NCBI RefSeq assembly: GCF_004010195.1
Contig: NC_057719.1
Location: 89,535,620-89,599,619 of the forward strand
DNA length: 64,000 bases
Direction of reading: 5' to 3'
From: Chiloscyllium plagiosum
Taxonomy: Eukaryota
In this document: positions 62,181 to 64,000 of the stretch, piece by piece
Layout: every line of letters begins with the position of its first letter
Numbering within the stretch: position 1 is the first letter of the stretch
Made by a program: the position numbers and the translations under genes
The notes under the pieces: generated by a model
Told to the model about the DNA's origin: nothing
What the model saw: only the letters and a program-made list of their open reading frames with translations
Database searches by the model: none

Positions 62181-62949
62181 ACTACAGACTGTGGTATACA
62201 ACCCTAGGACATCATGGTCCCACAAACACCAGATAAGATACATAATTGAGTTGCTTTTCTGCTGACATTAGTTGTGAGGAGGATGGGGCATGTTGGCCAA
62301 GGGAAACACTTCTTCAAACAACAACACTATCCATGTTAGATGCCCCAGAATGCTCAAGCTTCTCTCTCTACCGCAGCAAGCAAATGTAGCACCAAGCTAA
62401 ATCTAAAAGTTGACCAATGTTCACTTGACAGTCAAATTAAAACAAATTTCTCTCACTATTTAACAACTTACCTCAATAATCCTCCCTTTCTATTAAAGGA
62501 CCCGACTAAGACTCTGTGATGCGGTAAGGCTTTGAGTATCTCATTATCTATCTTTCCCATACTTGGCTATGTTACTGAGGAGGATTCACAGCTGAGCTGA
62601 ATCCTGTTCCTCTTAGATTTCCACATGCAGGACCAGCAGAATGGGATGTGAGTAATACAAGGATTTAGAGGTTAATTATAATATCTCTACTCGCCTGCTT
62701 CTCAGTAACTCAGCACAGAACAAATTAAAACGTACACATGTGCTGAAAAGTGAAGCACAGTAAACCAACTGAATACAAACATTATTCTGGAAAACTTAGT
62801 CAATTCTCTTAATTTTCAGATGCAAACTTCTTAAGATGCAAAACCACTGACTTGAACCAAAGTAAAATGATTACAACACACAAGGAAATACAGCTTTATG
62901 TTGTCAAATACTAAGAGGAGCTGGTTCACGAGTAATTTGTTGACTTTAC

Positions 62950-63045
62950 CTGTACTGAAGCATTTATCAGCTTGTGGATTGAAGCACCAGGCACAGGACC
63001 AGACCGTTGAACTCCTAAAGTTACACAGCATACTCAGGTGATCTG
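62950..63045 (-). CDS. DCAF4: DCAF4 coding exon with tandem NAGNAG acceptor (start 63045 or 63042); earlier exons lie beyond the window
   Basis: tacag|cag|AT...ACAG|gtaaag; encodes DHLSMLCNFRSSTVWSCAWCFNPQADKCFST(G). Confidence 0.92.
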
Positions 63046-63819
63046 CTGTAGATGTCATAAAACAGCAGGTTGTATTATGATATTAAAAACATTCTATAGC
63101 TGATTTCTGTTCTAACTAGCAACGTGCAACGAATCGTCAAGGCTCCGATTCATTTGTAGCATTCTTAGCCAAAAGATAAACTTTGCTACGAAGGAAATGC
63201 AACAGGATCTGTATGAAAGCAGGTGAACTCTCTAAACCCTGTGGCAAATGAGTTATTTTTGATCATGATAAGGAAGGGTACAGCACAGATGTTGAGTAGT
63301 CTTGTTTGACAGAAAAGCACAAAACAAAACCATCTGCACCCCCGACCACCACCGTATGTCCGTAACTTAAAAATTATTTTCTCCGAGCAATCAAGCTCAG
63401 CATGGTACGAGGGTGTGCATATAGAAATCCATGATGTATGCTACGCAAGATCAAATAGTAGGTTGATTCAAATGGAATCAGCCAGTTGCTGGTGAGGCTT
63501 CCAAAATCACCACTACATTTAAAGCAGGGAAATCCAGTTATTTTTCCAGGAAACCCTGCAGCCTTCTTGAAGTGACCTTATTAATGACCTTTTTCAGAAA
63601 GGTGATTTGAGGCAATTAATTCGAAGGAACAGCAGTCAAGCATGTAGCTCAACAGGGGAATCACTAGCTTTGTAAGTGAACAGATCCTGCATTATATGGT
63701 TTAATATGACACTTATAAAGCAGGGTATCATATAACTTACTGTATGCAGTACTATAGGAGATATGTAGGAAAAAACTGGCCATATCATTTTATCATTTGA
63801 AATACATTCATCCTTATTT

Positions 63820-64000
63820 GCAGTCACCAAATTAGATTTCTATGAGTATAAAATGAGGAAGGTGGCAAAAGAGGGAGAGATCTGGCATTGTTAGTCAAGG
63901 ACAATATTACGGTGGTAGAAAGGACGTTTGATAAGGACTTGCTTACTGAGGTAGTATGGGCTGAGGTTAGAAACAGGAGAGGAGAGATAACCCTGTTGGG
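63820..64000 (+). mobile_element. CR1 endonuclease-region fragment running off the window
   Basis: GGKRGRDLALLVKDNITVV...EVVWAEVRNRRGEITLLG. Confidence 0.65.

Overview
This is eukaryotic DNA, most likely from a cartilaginous fish (shark), judged from V-SINE/HE1-like SINEs and CR1-type LINEs. The window holds the 3' halves of two convergent genes: ZFYVE1/DFCP1 (+ strand, 6 coding exons, 6239-33648) and DCAF4 (- strand, 5 coding exons, 63045-45363). This is the same tail-to-tail pair as in human. The rest is mostly transposon-derived: CR1/L2 LINE fragments, V-SINEs, a decayed Gypsy-type LTR element with nested insertions, solo LTRs, TA-flanked MITEs and a 5S-rRNA-derived fragment. The most striking signal is a set of Penelope-like (GIY-YIG) retroelements and very small non-coding derivatives (about 70-250 bp). 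Many have a fold-back (inverted-arm) layout and 11-15 bp target-site duplications. They carry minimal hammerhead-ribozyme motifs (CUGANGA-N-stem II-GAAA-YGUH) whose stem II differs in sequence between families but stays paired. Two large fold-backs sit in the last intron and the putative 3' UTR of ZFYVE1. All calls were made by eye with no database searches; repeat boundaries are approximate unless a TSD or terminal repeat is quoted.
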